In this document: positions 62,932-64,000 of the stretch, piece after piece
Position numbering within the stretch: position 1 is the first letter of the stretch
How the letters are laid out: the number at the start of each line of letters is the position of its first letter
NCBI GenBank assembly: GCA_036172245.1
Contig: JAYWIR010000027.1
Span: 1,550,001 to 1,614,000 of the forward strand
From: Raillietiella orientalis
Taxonomy: Eukaryota
Length of the DNA stretch: 64,000 nucleotides
Reading direction: 5' to 3'
Made by a program: the position numbers and the translations under genes
Notes under the pieces: model-generated
What the model was told of the DNA's origin: nothing
Database searches by the model: none
Seen by the model: the letters and a program-made list of their open reading frames with translations, nothing else

Positions 62932-63229
62932 CGGCGGCGCCCAGCGTCCGACGCGGAAGGAACAACCCCCCGGACGCACCGGCTGAGGCCGAACGTTCTC
63001 CGAACGGGTGTGCACACCCCCACGCGGTTGGTAACACAGAGGGACGGTGCGCATGCGCCGTGAGTCAAGAGGGCGGACTTGTCGGCTCGACGGCCAGCGG
63101 AAGGACGCAGGTTCGAATGCCTGTTGGGAGCCGTTGGCTCCCTCCTCAGCGCGTCCGGAGGATGTCCCGGACGTTAAGAGCTCGTCGTGGGGACAGTAGC
63201 CCCCGGAGACGGAGAGGACCGAAGCTGGA
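62932..63229 (+). mobile_element. Dispersed ~295-bp repeat with Pol III B-box (tRNA-derived SINE-like), copy 2
   Basis: Homologous to 50734-51028 in inverted orientation; 29-bp identical core GGGCGGACTTGTCGGCTCGACGGCCAGCG at 63071-63099; B-box variant GGTTCGAATGC at 63110-63120. Confidence 0.65.
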
Positions 63230-64000
63230 CGGACGTCGAGGAAAAGGGTGGAAGCTGTGGATAAATCCCCCTTCTCTCCCTGCCTGATGAAAAAAAAAAA
63301 AGGAGGATGCTGAAAGCTGCGTGCTGGTGAGGGGTCCTACCATCCCGCTCTGGAGGGGGGAGGAGGAGGGGCGTCATTTGTGCCATGGTGACATACTTCG
63401 CCGAACACTCTCGGACCGAAACATGGGGCAGCGGTCTTCTCCCCCCTTCCACCCCCTCCGCCTCCCCACATCTCGGAACCTTAGCAACAGCTCTTCGGGT
63501 GCTTTCGCACGCGACCTTGGCCCTAGTCTTCCAGCAGGACAGGAGAGAGTTAACCCCTCCCGAAGGAACCGTGACATTCCGCCCGATACCCGCAGAGGAG
63601 ATAGCTGGCGACGTCCAAGTTCCGATGTGCATCGAAGGGAATTCGAGGAGGAGCGTTCCCTTTGGAGGTTTAGCGGGGCTGAAGCGGGAGAGTTCTCTTA
63701 AGCGATCTTCACCCTTTGGGCGGCTAAAAGTGAAAGCGCACAGGACCTCCGGGGCTGGGCATTGGGAGAGGCAGCCGCTCCCATCCTGGGCCTTGGAGTC
63801 TGCCAGTCTCGCCTTGGTTTCAGCCACGCGCAGGAGTCGTCCATATCCCCTCCCCCTGTTTACGCCCCTCCCCCGCTCGTCTTCCCTGGCTAGAAGGGAG
63901 CAGGTGCGTTCTTCGCCTTCCTACGAGGCGTCTGCTGGGAGATTTGCAGGTCGCGAGCGCTTTGCGGGAGGAGGTTTCGCCGGAGGCGCGGACGTTCCGC

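Noticed and set aside
1..64000. CRISPR arrays, operons, rRNA, intact transposase or reverse-transcriptase genes
   Set aside because: The sequence is eukaryotic with spliceosomal introns; no repeat-spacer array, rRNA signature or RT/DDE motif was recognised

Overview
GC-rich, CpG-rich eukaryotic (arthropod) genomic DNA full of microsatellites and G/C homopolymers; nearly all ORFs in the track are spurious. The one supportable protein-coding gene is the ecdysone receptor (EcR, NR1H1) on the minus strand. Seven compact common exons (27029 down to the TGA at 25287; introns 59-210 nt, all GT-AG and phase-consistent) encode the DBD, hinge and LBD. Two alternative N-terminal exons splice in phase to the acceptor at 27029: an EcR-B1-type exon (27787-27454, DLEFWDLDL motif, 502 aa product) and an EcR-A-type exon (acceptor 36655, donor 35733, 491-528 aa product). 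The protein looks non-insect, probably chelicerate-like (inference from [10 protein letters not shown], the EIWDIQN end and no F domain). The most interesting observations are: two adjacent 3n, stop-free introns, one of which would insert a 70-aa strongly hydrophobic segment into the LBD if retained; substitutions at normally conserved ligand-pocket residues; a uORF-packed EcR-A leader with a TGATG stop/start overlap; a GTGACGTCAC palindrome near each candidate first exon; nuclear-receptor response elements; an inverted pair of tRNA-box-containing repeats; and a 60-bp perfect (TC)/(GA) palindrome. All regulatory calls are motif-level inferences, not validated.
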